Of a stretch of 64,000 bases of DNA, positions 9,348 to 19,212 are shown piece by piece. The DNA lies in NCBI GenBank assembly GCA_965248435.1, contig OZ252100.1, positions 960,001-1,024,000 of the forward strand, written 5' to 3'. The DNA comes from Candidatus Latescibacterota bacterium (GTDB lineage Bacteria > Latescibacterota > UBA2968 > GCA-2709665). Under the pieces are notes generated by a model. That model was not told the DNA's origin. It searched no databases and was given only the letters and a program-made list of their open reading frames with translations. Position numbers and translations under genes: made by a program. The first letter of the stretch is position 1. The number at the start of each line of letters is the position of its first letter.

Positions 9348-10007
9348 TTACTTCTGCTTTCGCTGTGCAAAATGCTGACTGATCGCTGAAGCAGCTTCCT
9401 CTGCAAGCTCCTCTGGTGGTCGCAGGCCGTCCACCACCAAGTCTGCATTTGCACTTACCAGTTGCTGCCGAGAATAGAAATAGTGAAGTCCAACTTCCAA
9501 ATATCTACGTAGACTGGCAATAGCATCCGCGCCATTCGAGGCATCTCTCAATACCATTCGGGCAAGGGCGACATCTAAGGGAATGTCAATATGCACAACG
9601 TAGTCAATCAAAGAGCGAACTTCATCTCGGTCGCATCCCCAAGGCTCCTCTAAGAGAATGAATGGTGCTGGCTTGACACTTCTTCCTCCGTGATCTGGTG
9701 GTTGAACCGGCTTGCCCTCTTTCAGTGCTCGAAGGTCTTCGGCCAGTCGTGGACAAGTGAGACGCTGGTTTGGATCCCCACCATCCCCGAGCCAGCGCAG
9801 GAAACTCTTCTCCTCGGGTTCGCCGTCGTCATATGCCGAGAACCATTTTTGAGCCGAATCGTAGGTATCAAAGCATAGAAGCGTAGAGTCCCTTAGTCGC
9901 TGATGAATTTTCTCGACGAGAGTGGTCTTTCCTGCACCAGCTGGTCCACTTACCACAATTACGCGACTGTCGGCGTCCACTGATACATTCTCCGCAAAAG
10001 AGTTCAA
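9348..10007 (-). CDS. P-loop kinase (uridine kinase-like)
   Basis: GPAGAGKTT Walker A; ID.PLDVALAR. Confidence 0.8.
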   Translation of the reverse strand: MNSFAENVSVDADSRVIVVSGPAGAGKTTLVEKIHQRLRDSTLLCFDTYDSAQKWFSAYDDGEPEEKSFLRWLGDGGDPNQRLTCPRLAEDLRALKEGKPVQPPDHGGRSVKPAPFILLEEPWGCDRDEVRSLIDYVVHIDIPLDVALARMVLRDASNGADAIASLRRYLEVGLHYFYSRQQLVSANADLVVDGLRPPEELAEEAASAISQHFAQRKQK

Positions 10008-10064
10008 CTTACTTTTTGGGTTCTGCGCGTCCTCGCGTCTTTCTGGGTAGGGTGGGGCGATTTC

Positions 10065-10090
10065 TGCTAACGTTCCCGCCGTGCCGTTTC
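10065..10090 (-). repeat. attC remnant (R' end only)
   Basis: TTTCTGCTAACGTTCCC, same flank as the 28634 site. Confidence 0.55.
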
Positions 10091-10134
10091 TATTATCAGG
10101 AAGGAGCTTGTTGGGTCTTCCTTCTTACTCTGAA

Positions 10135-11160
10135 TCAGACCTCCCGCTGCCGACTATTCTTGCCTCTCCAAGGCATTACCGGATGATCACCTCCGATTGC
10201 TGCCTTGACGACTGCATCCCAAATCTCAGACCCGTTCTGTCCGTTAGTCATTACCACAACTCCAGATCCGTTCTCCCTGGATGCTACAGCGAAATTCCTA
10301 AAGCCTTGAAACCATCCCCATTGCCAAAATGACTCACCGCTACAGCCGTGCTGAATACCCCACCCCAATCCCCAGGAAATGGTTTTGTTAATCCTCACAT
10401 GGGGCTGGACCATCATCTCTACATAGCCCTTGCCTAAGCCAGAGTTATCTCGCTCAGACGGGTGAATCATCTCCGCGAGGAAACGGGCATATTCCGAAGG
10501 AGTGGTGAATAGTGTGTTGGAAGCTAGGCTTCTGTCAGGCTTATAATCCTCCAGTGGTTTCCCCTTCTCATCGTGGCCTTTTGAGGCCGTGAGATTGTAG
10601 GTGTCTCTCCACAGGAAACTGCTGGAGGTCATTCTCAAAGGATCCAGAAATCGCTCCCTCATAAAATCTGCAAATCCCATGCCCGTTATGTGCTCCACAA
10701 CTCTTTGCATGTAGTCGTAACCTACGGATGAGTAAGAGAACTTAGACCCAGGTCTAAATCCAACGCTCCAGGGTGGCCGTCCGTGCGGAAGACCAGATGA
10801 ATGGGACAGCACCGTAGGTAGCGTGATCTGAGAGAGTAAAGGATCATCAGGGAGGAATGGGCTCGGAAGATACTCGTCGAGAGGCGTTTCAAGATTCAAC
10901 TGACCAGCCTCGCATAGAGTGAGTGCAGCATACGCCGCTGCAGGCTTGCTCAGCGAACAGGCGCAAAAGACGGTCTCGGGGGTCATCGGTTCGGCCGTAT
11001 GCGTGTTCTTGACTCCAAACCCCTCTGCCCAGACACATTCACCGTTCCTCAGGATTGCAACTGAGATTCCGGGAACATCGGTATCTTTGATAAACTTGAG
11101 GATTATCCGTTCAACTTCGCCCGCCAAATCTTGGATGGGCGTATCGAGCTTAGAACGCAC
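10135..11160 (-). CDS. Serine hydrolase, beta-lactamase/AmpC-like family
   Basis: SLSK (SxxK), LSHSSGL and FSYSS motifs; GTG start after an AGGAGA RBS. Confidence 0.88.
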   Translation of the reverse strand: MRSKLDTPIQDLAGEVERIILKFIKDTDVPGISVAILRNGECVWAEGFGVKNTHTAEPMTPETVFCACSLSKPAAAYAALTLCEAGQLNLETPLDEYLPSPFLPDDPLLSQITLPTVLSHSSGLPHGRPPWSVGFRPGSKFSYSSVGYDYMQRVVEHITGMGFADFMRERFLDPLRMTSSSFLWRDTYNLTASKGHDEKGKPLEDYKPDRSLASNTLFTTPSEYARFLAEMIHPSERDNSGLGKGYVEMMVQPHVRINKTISWGLGWGIQHGCSGESFWQWGWFQGFRNFAVASRENGSGVVVMTNGQNGSEIWDAVVKAAIGGDHPVMPWRGKNSRQREV

Positions 11161-11227
11161 AGGTCTCCTCTTGACTGAAAGATACTTACTAACCTTGTTG
11201 CTGAAATCTAGATCATAGAAGCATGCC

Positions 11228-11253
11228 GCATAACGATCCCGGCACGCGGAGCG
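11228..11253 (-). repeat. attC half-site (R' side only)
   Basis: TGCCGCATAACGATCCCGGCAC, as at 6355. Confidence 0.7.
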
Positions 11254-11305
11254 TGGATCATCAGGAATCGGAGTCTGTCTGGGAACGATGCCACAAGTCC
11301 AGTCA

Positions 11306-11908
11306 TCAATCGGACTCAAGAAAGGGACGGTGATAGGGAATAGTGAGGAAGTCAGCGATTGCCTGCTCGTCCAGATCGACAGAATCGCCCTTTTCTAGAC
11401 GTTCGGTGATCTGAGACCCGCCAATGTTGAATGCGTCCACGAACTTCGGGGTTGTGCCGTCAAATAGGATGTTATCCGGATTCCAGTCCATGCCGGCGAA
11501 GTAGGGAAGACTGTCAGCCTGTCGCAGACCTTCTCTAAGAATATGGCAGAGCAGGCCTATTTCGGAGTCTGTCGCTTCGTCCTCCTCTAAGGCAGACCTC
11601 AGCATATCAAGGAATCCCTGGTACTCTTTTCGGTCACGTTTGGCGTACTTAGGCGTCTCGACAGTAAAGCCATTCCGCTGTAGCATTACTATGGATCGGA
11701 TTTGCGGCAGATTCCGATGGGGGTTCTCTCTGCATAGTCTAGCAAAGGTGAGATAGGCAGGATCGAATGGAGTGATCTTGACGACGTTGTCTGCGTGCGG
11801 AGTCTCGAAGACGAGCGACCAGTCGCCAGACGCGAGCTGCGTGTATCCCTCATCAAGGAGAGCGCGCGCGGCCTGCCTGTAGGTTAGTGACTCAAGATTC
11901 AATACCAT
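11306..11908 (-). CDS. Kinase-like (PKL fold) hypothetical protein
   Basis: VVKI, D.NPDNILF and FVD resemble the catalytic and Mg-binding loops. Confidence 0.55.
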   Translation of the reverse strand: MVLNLESLTYRQAARALLDEGYTQLASGDWSLVFETPHADNVVKITPFDPAYLTFARLCRENPHRNLPQIRSIVMLQRNGFTVETPKYAKRDRKEYQGFLDMLRSALEEDEATDSEIGLLCHILREGLRQADSLPYFAGMDWNPDNILFDGTTPKFVDAFNIGGSQITERLEKGDSVDLDEQAIADFLTIPYHRPFLESD

Positions 11909-11954
11909 AATGTTTGGAATCTCGTGCGATGAAACAGCGATTTTCGGGCCTTGC

Positions 11955-11983
11955 GGCCTGAGCCGCGCACGGGCGTGTTAGGC
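11955..11983 (-). repeat. attC half-site (R'' side only)
   Basis: GGCCTGAGCCGCGCACGGGCGTGTTAG. Confidence 0.75.
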
Positions 11984-11995
11984 GCCGGAGGTCCG

Positions 11996-12940
11996 TCAAT
12001 TATAGTCCAACAGTTCGACCGCAAGATCCTCAAGCGAAGCCGCCTTGGGGGGTCTAGGGGCTTGACGGATGAGCCAGTCAAGGGTGACATACCGATGAAG
12101 TAAGAAATTGGCGAGGAAACGGCACAGGAGTTGGGTTTTCTCAGCTTCTGCCGGTATACCATAGCCTCTGTAAAATGCACCTTGGCACCCGGGATCAAAC
12201 GTAGCGAAGAACTCCGCGTGAGAATCCCCGTAGAGTGCATCGCCAAAATCCAGAAGACCGACAACTCGCCATTGGTTTCCGCCTCCCTCGACCCTCCAGG
12301 CGCCCAGAGTCAACTCCGTATGCAGAACTCGCAAGTCGGAAGGGGTTGGGTTCGTGTATTCTTCCACAAACGTCGGAATCTGGCGAATCAAGGCGGGAGC
12401 TACCAGTGCCGTCTGATGCCTCTCAGAACATCTCTTGCTCTGCCTGGATACGAATCTACTCCAATCCTCGACAAGGGATGACAGTCCTCCAGGAGCCAAC
12501 TGGTGGACCGCCCGAACGATCCTCCCCATTTCTTCCAGCAGTTTCTTCTTTTCCCTGTCAGGTATCCTATTCCAACACTTGTCGAGAGATTCTCCCGGGA
12601 GGCGCTCAAGAAACAGATACCTCCATCCCTCCTCTTCACCATCTGCAACGAGTCGCGGCGTTGGGATCTCTGCATCATTAGCCGCCGCCAACAGTATCTC
12701 CTTCTCCACTTCGATCTTTTCGGGCCAAAGCGGCGGACACATCTTCAAGACAAGGCCATCACCCACGAAGTACGTGATTCCCGACTGACCCTCTGGAATC
12801 ATCCTGAGGTTATCCGAGTCTATGTCTCGACTTCGGCAGATTCCCGCAACGCCTTTCCGGTAATGCTCCTCACCGTGTGAAAAGGCATCGAACGCCTCAT
12901 CGCTTTCAAACATTGGGAAGATGCTTGCCATTGTGTTCAA
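11996..12940 (-). CDS. Aminoglycoside phosphotransferase (APH) family protein
   Basis: VLK, P.PRLVA.G, ERLPG and LLDFGD motifs; HxD replaced by HTE. Confidence 0.8.
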   Translation of the reverse strand: MNTMASIFPMFESDEAFDAFSHGEEHYRKGVAGICRSRDIDSDNLRMIPEGQSGITYFVGDGLVLKMCPPLWPEKIEVEKEILLAAANDAEIPTPRLVADGEEEGWRYLFLERLPGESLDKCWNRIPDREKKKLLEEMGRIVRAVHQLAPGGLSSLVEDWSRFVSRQSKRCSERHQTALVAPALIRQIPTFVEEYTNPTPSDLRVLHTELTLGAWRVEGGGNQWRVVGLLDFGDALYGDSHAEFFATFDPGCQGAFYRGYGIPAEAEKTQLLCRFLANFLLHRYVTLDWLIRQAPRPPKAASLEDLAVELLDYN

Positions 12941-12963
12941 GGACCTCTGGCGTAGATCGGGAT

Positions 12964-13458
12964 TCAGGATTCTTGCACGATACGCTTGATAAGATGAATG
13001 CTACGAATGGCCTCCTGAAATCCCACGGCTTTGTGAAACGCTTCACTCCCTCCATCTGTGAGCTCACAATCGCTGGCAATCTCTGAATAACCTTGGGCAC
13101 GAGCGTGAGTTTCAAGAGTCTGAACGAGCTGCGACCCAACACCAGATCCGCGCTCTTCTGGCCCAACATATATCCCCTCGATATACCAGATTGGAGAGCT
13201 TGTGGCCCCTTCGACGTAATCGGTTCTCAGTTCGGCATCCAGGAAGCCTACGTAACGACCATCCTCGGTCACACCCAAGAAAGTGATCGCCGTTCCTTCA
13301 CGCTGGCGCACTTTGTACCTTTTGAAATCCGCCCGATCTTTTGCATCGTCGTGTTCTTCCCAGAGGTCCTGTCGCATGACCGACCAAATCTTGAAGGTCG
13401 AACCGCTCAGCAACTCAGTCCCTATGTTCGTTTGTCTATGGGGCATGAAACCATCCAC
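12964..13458 (-). CDS. GNAT resembling aminoglycoside 6'-N-acetyltransferase AAC(6')-I
   Basis: LRTDYVEGATSSPIWYIEGIYV...EIASDCEL...FHKAVGF closely follows the AAC(6')-Iy/Ic-type signature. Confidence 0.8.
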   Translation of the reverse strand: MDGFMPHRQTNIGTELLSGSTFKIWSVMRQDLWEEHDDAKDRADFKRYKVRQREGTAITFLGVTEDGRYVGFLDAELRTDYVEGATSSPIWYIEGIYVGPEERGSGVGSQLVQTLETHARAQGYSEIASDCELTDGGSEAFHKAVGFQEAIRSIHLIKRIVQES

Positions 13459-13502
13459 CTTGTGTTTCAGGCGCGACGGATTGGGAACCCCCTCGCCATG
13501 GC

Positions 13503-13523
13503 GTGTAACGTTCTGTGTTAGCA
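13503..13523 (-). repeat. attC scar (both core ends fused, 21 bp)
   Basis: GTGTAACGTTCTGTGTTAGCA. Confidence 0.7.
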
Positions 13524-13588
13524 GATAGCACGCGCCGGGGTCTGTTTTTCTTATTGTGTCTCACGATGGGCTTCACTTGCCGGAACTG

Positions 13589-16189
13589 TCACGCAGGATC
13601 CAGCAACGTTACGGTGCCCCGCGTTCCGTCTACATCGATCCGCCAGCCGTCGACCAGCCGCTTCATATCTGAGTGGGCGACCCTGACGATCGGCAGCCGG
13701 CATTCCCGCGCAATCTGCCCCACATGGTGCATCCACATCATCGGATGATCCAGAACAACAATCCCGCGAACTCGTAACATCAGCGAAAACAGGAACGGCA
13801 CCTCGGCGGCCCTCGACTGGATCGGCTCTACGATCACCACAACGTCCTCCGCACTGGCGTCATCTCCCTCCTTTAGTGTCTCGATCCGGCGTACGATTCC
13901 ATGATTTCGACCTGGACCGCCGGGCTTCCCGGTGATGACGGTGCCCCGATTAGTGTCGTCCACATCGGTGCTAGTCTCTGCCTCTACTTCCGACCCGTTC
14001 TGCGGAGGTGCCTTTCCCAGAAACGTCGGTGCGTCAAGGCGGTCCCAGCGCTCGTACTCCAACCGCCGCCGCTGCCACAACCGCCTTCCCGCTTCGATGT
14101 TGCCCGTTGCGCCGACGACCTTCAGATCCTCCACAGTGTAGTAGCCCACGTCTTCAAGGCTGTCGACGAGGTCAGCCCTCTGCAGGAACTTTTGCATCTC
14201 ACGAAAGAGCTGGGAGATTCGCCGTCCCGCTACAGTCGTCCAGGCTCGGTTGTTGAGAGCAGGACCCCAGAAGAGGGCCCAGTCATGGAGTCGCTTGAAA
14301 CGCTCAAGCGCCTCTGGCCGATCGGCCAGCCTCTTGCACACCTCGGCTGTGACGTGCTCCCGCCGTCGCGTGGCCTCCTCGTTCGCCTCCTTGATTCGTT
14401 GACCGCCCTTCAAAGCGTTCCGGATGAGCCTCAGAAAGTTAACCGTCTCCCACCTCTCATCGTGAGGGTCGGTCTGGAACTCACTAGGTGGTAACAACCC
14501 GTAGCGTCCGCAGTATTCATCGAGAGCTTCGATGAACGATGATGGTGCGTCTCCTGCCGTAAGGGCATTGACCCACTCCGACGAGCTTAGGTCTTCGAAT
14601 CGTTCGCGATCGGGTTCCAAAAGTTGAGCCATCTCCTCGGCCTCCGTTACCAGCATCTGCGGGAAGTAGGGATCCAGCTCTGCGTGATGGCCCAGCATCA
14701 GGTCGTTGACGTCGACGTCGGGCTGGTGCTGATCCACGAAACTGCGCAACAGATTCAGGCACGTACCGAACATCCCTTGCGAAGGTCCGCCCGTAATTGC
14801 GTAGATCTCCCACATCTCCTCGCGTGCCCAGAGCATCGTGTCGATCGCCTGCGCCAACGTATTTCCCTCGGTCGCCAGCCGCACGGCTTTCTGTTCAGAT
14901 GCGGGTAACCTGGTGTAGATGTCGTAGAGGTAGTCAGCTCGCATCCGCGGCTCGTAATCGATGAGATACTGCTCCCGCTGCGCTACCGGCACCTTTGGCC
15001 AGGCTTCATCCTGGATAACATAGCGATGCCCGTGGAAGTCCATTTCGGTTCCGGACGTCCGGTGCGTGGGCATCTCGACCGGACCCATTTGCAGGTACCG
15101 ATTGAACTTCTCCATGATCAGCGTGTCCCGGTAAAGGGGCGGCATCACCTTGCCTTTGATCGTGGAGAATGGGAAGTGCCACTGCTGAGCGGGGACCCAT
15201 GTCCGGTCCGCTAGGTGCGCCGGCAAATGATGCGGGAAGAATGGCGGCAGCGCCGTGATCGGCCGCACCTGCACGATGTGGATGTTATCCCCTTCCACAA
15301 CCCATTCGACATCGACACGGGCCTCGAAAGCACGATCGATCTGAAGACCTACCTGCGCGATCCGTGTCGCTATGTCGTTGGTGAGCGACGGCTCGGCTCG
15401 ACGTTCGGCGGGCACCGCAACGCTGTCTAGGCCATCGACAGATGGTACCAGAATCGTCCTTTTCAGCGCGATATGCCTTTCCAGGATCTCACCCGTATCC
15501 CACTCGAACGTGAAACGGTCGACTGGCATCGTACCCGTCGATGCCACGAGGTCACGGGCAAGACCAAATGACGACTCGACGGCAAACTGCCATGGGTTCC
15601 CTGTCTGTGGGTCAGCGGAGAACAGCACACCAGCACTATCGGCATTCACAAGCGTCTGCAGCAACACCGCCATCCCATCCATGTCAATGATGACCCCCAT
15701 CTTGCGGGCGTAGTCGATAGCCCGGGGCGACCAGGATCCGCACCAGCAGCGACGGATAGCCATCCAAACGTCTTCCTCGCACCGAAGCCCGAGAAAGCTG
15801 TCGTACACACCAGCGAAGCTCGCCACAGTTGAATCCTCGTGCACACCAGACGAGCGAACGGCCAGTCCGTAGGGGGCCTCGGCGAGTAGTGTTTCGACGA
15901 CTGGGCTAACTGCGTCGACCACGTTCGACGGGATGGGTGAGGTGAGCACTTGCTCGCAAAGTGCCTTATAGGCGCCAGCCTGCAACTCACGGCCGCGGTG
16001 GGGGGTACCGATCACACTTTGCGCCGCTTCCAGTAGGCCGGCTTCCTCGAGAAAGACACGGAGGACTTTTCTGGTGATGATGGCTCCCGCCGGGACGGAG
16101 AACCCGAGGTCTATAGCTCTGCCAAGATTGGCAGATTTCGCCCCGGTGAGTTCGGGATCAAGTCCCTTTTGGAGATCCATCGCGAGCAT
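13589..16189 (-). CDS. PEP-utilising phosphotransferase (PPDK-type ATP-grasp + central + His-swivel domain; rifampin phosphotransferase-like architecture)
   Basis: GAKSANL, AVRSSG.HED...SFAG, VQVRPIT and C-terminal HHVGQIARE...VDGTRGTV. Confidence 0.85.
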   Translation of the reverse strand: MLAMDLQKGLDPELTGAKSANLGRAIDLGFSVPAGAIITRKVLRVFLEEAGLLEAAQSVIGTPHRGRELQAGAYKALCEQVLTSPIPSNVVDAVSPVVETLLAEAPYGLAVRSSGVHEDSTVASFAGVYDSFLGLRCEEDVWMAIRRCWCGSWSPRAIDYARKMGVIIDMDGMAVLLQTLVNADSAGVLFSADPQTGNPWQFAVESSFGLARDLVASTGTMPVDRFTFEWDTGEILERHIALKRTILVPSVDGLDSVAVPAERRAEPSLTNDIATRIAQVGLQIDRAFEARVDVEWVVEGDNIHIVQVRPITALPPFFPHHLPAHLADRTWVPAQQWHFPFSTIKGKVMPPLYRDTLIMEKFNRYLQMGPVEMPTHRTSGTEMDFHGHRYVIQDEAWPKVPVAQREQYLIDYEPRMRADYLYDIYTRLPASEQKAVRLATEGNTLAQAIDTMLWAREEMWEIYAITGGPSQGMFGTCLNLLRSFVDQHQPDVDVNDLMLGHHAELDPYFPQMLVTEAEEMAQLLEPDRERFEDLSSSEWVNALTAGDAPSSFIEALDEYCGRYGLLPPSEFQTDPHDERWETVNFLRLIRNALKGGQRIKEANEEATRRREHVTAEVCKRLADRPEALERFKRLHDWALFWGPALNNRAWTTVAGRRISQLFREMQKFLQRADLVDSLEDVGYYTVEDLKVVGATGNIEAGRRLWQRRRLEYERWDRLDAPTFLGKAPPQNGSEVEAETSTDVDDTNRGTVITGKPGGPGRNHGIVRRIETLKEGDDASAEDVVVIVEPIQSRAAEVPFLFSLMLRVRGIVVLDHPMMWMHHVGQIARECRLPIVRVAHSDMKRLVDGWRIDVDGTRGTVTLLDPA

Positions 16190-16196
16190 GTGATCC

Positions 16197-16281
16197 TCTT
16201 GGCGTTCTCGGCACCCACGCGACTGCCGCAGCGGGTTGGGCGTAAGCCGAATGGCCTGAGCCGCGCACAGGCGTGTTATCT
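16197..16281 (-). repeat. attC site (R' core mutated, chimeric arms)
   Basis: TGGCGTTCTCGGCACCCAC...GCGCACAGGCGTGTTATC. Confidence 0.8.
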
Positions 16282-16309
16282 GCCGTGCGCCTCAATTGCC
16301 CCAACGGCC

Positions 16310-16999
16310 TTATGAGACCTTCACGAACTCGGTCGCGAGTTGGAATGGGACTTGACGCCAGCGAGTGCGCCTGTGCTCGGATTCTTCTGGACCTGGTGGC
16401 GGCTCTAGAAGGGTGCGCAACATGAAACCAGAATCGGCAAATGCTTTCAAGTACTCGCTCATAGTCCGGTGGTAGTGGTACACCTTTACGCCTATCGTTG
16501 ACATCCCTTGATACATGACAACTCTGCCTGAGTCGAAGTACGTTTCGGCTTTTTCCCTCAAGACAGCGGAATAGGGATTGTTGAAGGATAGGACGGCGCG
16601 ACCTCCTGACTTCGTGACTGATCCCAGAGTGTTGATGAATCCCTTGTAGTCAGGCACGTCATTCAGCACGAAATGACTTGCGACCAGGTCGAAGTGACTT
16701 TCAAACTGTGGTAGTCCTTCACTGAGATCAGCGATCAAATACTCGACGGACCCTTCTTTCTTTTTGGCTTTTCCTACCAAGCTCGGAGAGATATCGACAG
16801 CTGTGACAGTCGCCCCCTTCTTCTCGAGCACCCGCGCAACGAATCCCTCTCCGCATCCAGCGTCCAACACGCGTAGCCCCTCAACGTCACCTATCAAGTC
16901 GAAGAACACTTCGTCTAGGTTCGACAGATGTTCCTCGTTTCGATACGAGATCATCGCCTCGTATTCTTCGGCGAACTCGTCGTACGTGTTCCGTTCCAT
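16310..16999 (-). CDS. Class I SAM-dependent methyltransferase
   Basis: VLDAGCGEG motif; similar to 5601-6320. Confidence 0.9.
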   Translation of the reverse strand: MERNTYDEFAEEYEAMISYRNEEHLSNLDEVFFDLIGDVEGLRVLDAGCGEGFVARVLEKKGATVTAVDISPSLVGKAKKKEGSVEYLIADLSEGLPQFESHFDLVASHFVLNDVPDYKGFINTLGSVTKSGGRAVLSFNNPYSAVLREKAETYFDSGRVVMYQGMSTIGVKVYHYHRTMSEYLKAFADSGFMLRTLLEPPPGPEESEHRRTRWRQVPFQLATEFVKVS

Positions 17000-17048
17000 A
17001 TCTTCAATCTCACCTAAGAGGGGCCGCAACCTGTTTCAGGCGCATGGC

Positions 17049-17302
17049 AGGTAACGTTCTCGGCACCCACGAGCCTGGCGAACCCAGGTTTGGCGGAAAT
17101 GTCAGATCAGATCTTTAACCCCGCTCAATTTTCCCTGAATCCATCCCTATAGGTCGCTTCCTGAGGATCTCCTGGTAGTTCTCCTGAAATCTGACCCTTG
17201 ATATGGGTTGCGCGGAGATCGACCAAATTTCCCGATTTTGGCTGATATAGGGATGCTACCCGGGTTTTTGCCGGACCTGAGCCGCGCACGGGCGTGTTAG
17301 TG
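17049..17302 (-). repeat. attC site interrupted by a ~170-bp insert
   Basis: Left half 17049-17100, right half 17271-17302, foreign DNA between. Confidence 0.8.
17124..17270. mobile_element. ~150-bp non-coding repeated element, copy 1 (inside an attC)
   Basis: Colinear high similarity to 27038-27185; inverted similarity to 50028-50140. Confidence 0.75.
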
Positions 17303-17363
17303 GGCGTGCTGTTGTTCCTCAGACTGAGAGCTGGGGAGTCTTTCGATGCCCAGGTCACCCTTG

Positions 17364-18071
17364 CTATGCTATCAGCAGCTCACAGATGTCATTGACGATG
17401 AGGTCAGGGTGAACTCGACCCATCGGTCTCTTCCGCTCCGGATTGTCCACCCAGATTGCGCTCATACCAAGCGACTTACTGCCTTCAACATCACGCCGAG
17501 GATGATCGCCGACGTAGACTATTTGTTTTGGTTCGACTTCGAAATGGTCGAGCGCAACTTGGAACAGGCGGGGGCTAGGTTTGAGACAGCCATAGTTCGA
17601 CGACCAAACCACGATCTCGAAACATTCGAGAATGCCTGCATCCTCAAGATTCTGTTCAAATCGCGGGGGACTTGCCCAGATATTGGATACAACCCCGAGC
17701 CTGTGCGTTTGAGCCAGTGAGTGCATGACTCGCCGATGGGGTTCTGAGATTGTCCCGGTCTCCTGAATCGCCACGAGATCATCCAGTAATGGCAACTCAG
17801 TCTCATGAATCTTGATGCCGTGCGGGATAGCCCGTACAGCCTCCTCAATTGACGGGAAGTTTGCCTCTCGCGACCGGGAGCTTTCAAGCATGTAGTGGCA
17901 AATCGTTTGGACGATTCGATGGAGCTCACCGGAAGATAGCCTGTTGCCCCCAAGAGACTGGTAGACTGACAGGTAATCTTCGTCTGGCCCAAATCGATCA
18001 TTCTCAAATATGAAGGTCTTACCCTGGTCGAAGAGGATTACATCGAAATCGTCCACAAATCTGTGAGCCAC
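17364..18071 (-). CDS. HAD family hydrolase
   Basis: FDQGKT, KPSPRLF and VGDHPRRD motifs. Confidence 0.9.
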   Translation of the reverse strand: MAHRFVDDFDVILFDQGKTFIFENDRFGPDEDYLSVYQSLGGNRLSSGELHRIVQTICHYMLESSRSREANFPSIEEAVRAIPHGIKIHETELPLLDDLVAIQETGTISEPHRRVMHSLAQTHRLGVVSNIWASPPRFEQNLEDAGILECFEIVVWSSNYGCLKPSPRLFQVALDHFEVEPKQIVYVGDHPRRDVEGSKSLGMSAIWVDNPERKRPMGRVHPDLIVNDICELLIA

Positions 18072-18152
18072 TCACACACTCCTTCGGAACTGCTTCGGAA
18101 TCCGCGCCGGTCTTGCCCGCTATGACCGGCTTCTGGGTCTCATCTCAATGCC

Positions 18153-18180
18153 GCATAACGGTCTCGGCACCCACGAACCT
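18153..18180 (-). repeat. attC half-site (R' side only)
   Basis: GCATAACGGTCTCGGCACCCACGAACCT, then an abrupt end. Confidence 0.8.
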
Positions 18181-18190
18181 TGTCTGACAG

Positions 18191-19159
18191 CTATGCAAAC
18201 GGCATTGCTTTGACAATTTCATCTGCTGAATGGCATAGATTCTGGATCTGTCGTTCGCTCAGTTCTGTAAACCCTAGTTGCTCTAACCCCTGTTTCAGTT
18301 CAAGAGGGAGCGAGTTGAGGTGATTCTCAAGGGACGCTTTATAGACACCCAAGATCACATCATATGCGTCTGCGTAAATCAATTCGTGCACTGACACAAA
18401 GTCTTGTCTTTGAATCTCACGGTCCACCTTTCGCGACAACAGAGCAGCATGTTCGCTGGCCACAGAAAATGCATCTTTATATCCGCTGCATTCTCTCAAA
18501 TGACGGCGATATTCATTCAAGCTACTCATTCTCAAACAAATTTCCTGCTCCTTGTCGCTGATGTCTAAGGGCCAATTGCGAGTTATCGCAGTGTAGATGC
18601 CTGGCAGATGCCTTAAATTCGAGATCGGTTTGCCCGTTTCCGTACTCCCGCATTCGAAGTAGCCATACATAAACGCAGCATCGGCCCAGGCCGCCATTGC
18701 TGCCATTGCTCCTGTATGATAGGTTTGTTTTGCAACACAGCTATCCGCCCACGCTTTTCTCGATTCAACCACTACCTTTGCCCCTTGATACAGTTTATCC
18801 TTACCCTCTTCTGATTGAAAAATCTGCATGGCCTCACTCTTAAGAGTAGCAAATCGTCGGTCCGGATCGTTTATAGCTCGGGCATCCTTTAGGAATCGGA
18901 ACTGCCAGGGATCAGAAGCTACTTTTTGGAGCGAAGGGAATTGGTGGATATGACGCTGGATCAATTCTCCCTCGAAATCAATGTTCTCATTGCTTTTCCC
19001 CCTGTGTTCGACATAGACCATCAGATCCAGATCGCTGTACTCGTCTGCCGTCCCCCTACCAACAGATCCTCCGGCATAGACGCAAACAGTACCGGGGACG
19101 GTATTCAACTTGACGTATTCCTTACCAACCTCAATCAACTGGCGTGTTTTTTCAGTCAT
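18191..19159 (-). CDS. Nucleotidyltransferase domain protein
   Basis: GGSVGRG.ADEYSDLDL (GS...DxD). Confidence 0.85.
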   Translation of the reverse strand: MTEKTRQLIEVGKEYVKLNTVPGTVCVYAGGSVGRGTADEYSDLDLMVYVEHRGKSNENIDFEGELIQRHIHQFPSLQKVASDPWQFRFLKDARAINDPDRRFATLKSEAMQIFQSEEGKDKLYQGAKVVVESRKAWADSCVAKQTYHTGAMAAMAAWADAAFMYGYFECGSTETGKPISNLRHLPGIYTAITRNWPLDISDKEQEICLRMSSLNEYRRHLRECSGYKDAFSVASEHAALLSRKVDREIQRQDFVSVHELIYADAYDVILGVYKASLENHLNSLPLELKQGLEQLGFTELSERQIQNLCHSADEIVKAMPFA

Positions 19160-19179
19160 CTCTCAAATCTAGACTACGA

Positions 19180-19202
19180 AGCCGCGCACGGGCGTGTTAG
19201 CG
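19180..19202 (-). repeat. attC half-site (R'' side only)
   Basis: AGCCGCGCACGGGCGTGTTAGCG. Confidence 0.8.
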
Positions 19203-19212
19203 GACGGCCAAA

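Noticed and set aside
17101-17270. Group IIC-attC intron or IS1111-attC remnant
   Set aside because: No GUGYG 5' end, domain V, RT or transposase fragment, or sub-terminal inverted repeats recognisable. ORF 17125-17358 spans the attC half and is considered spurious.
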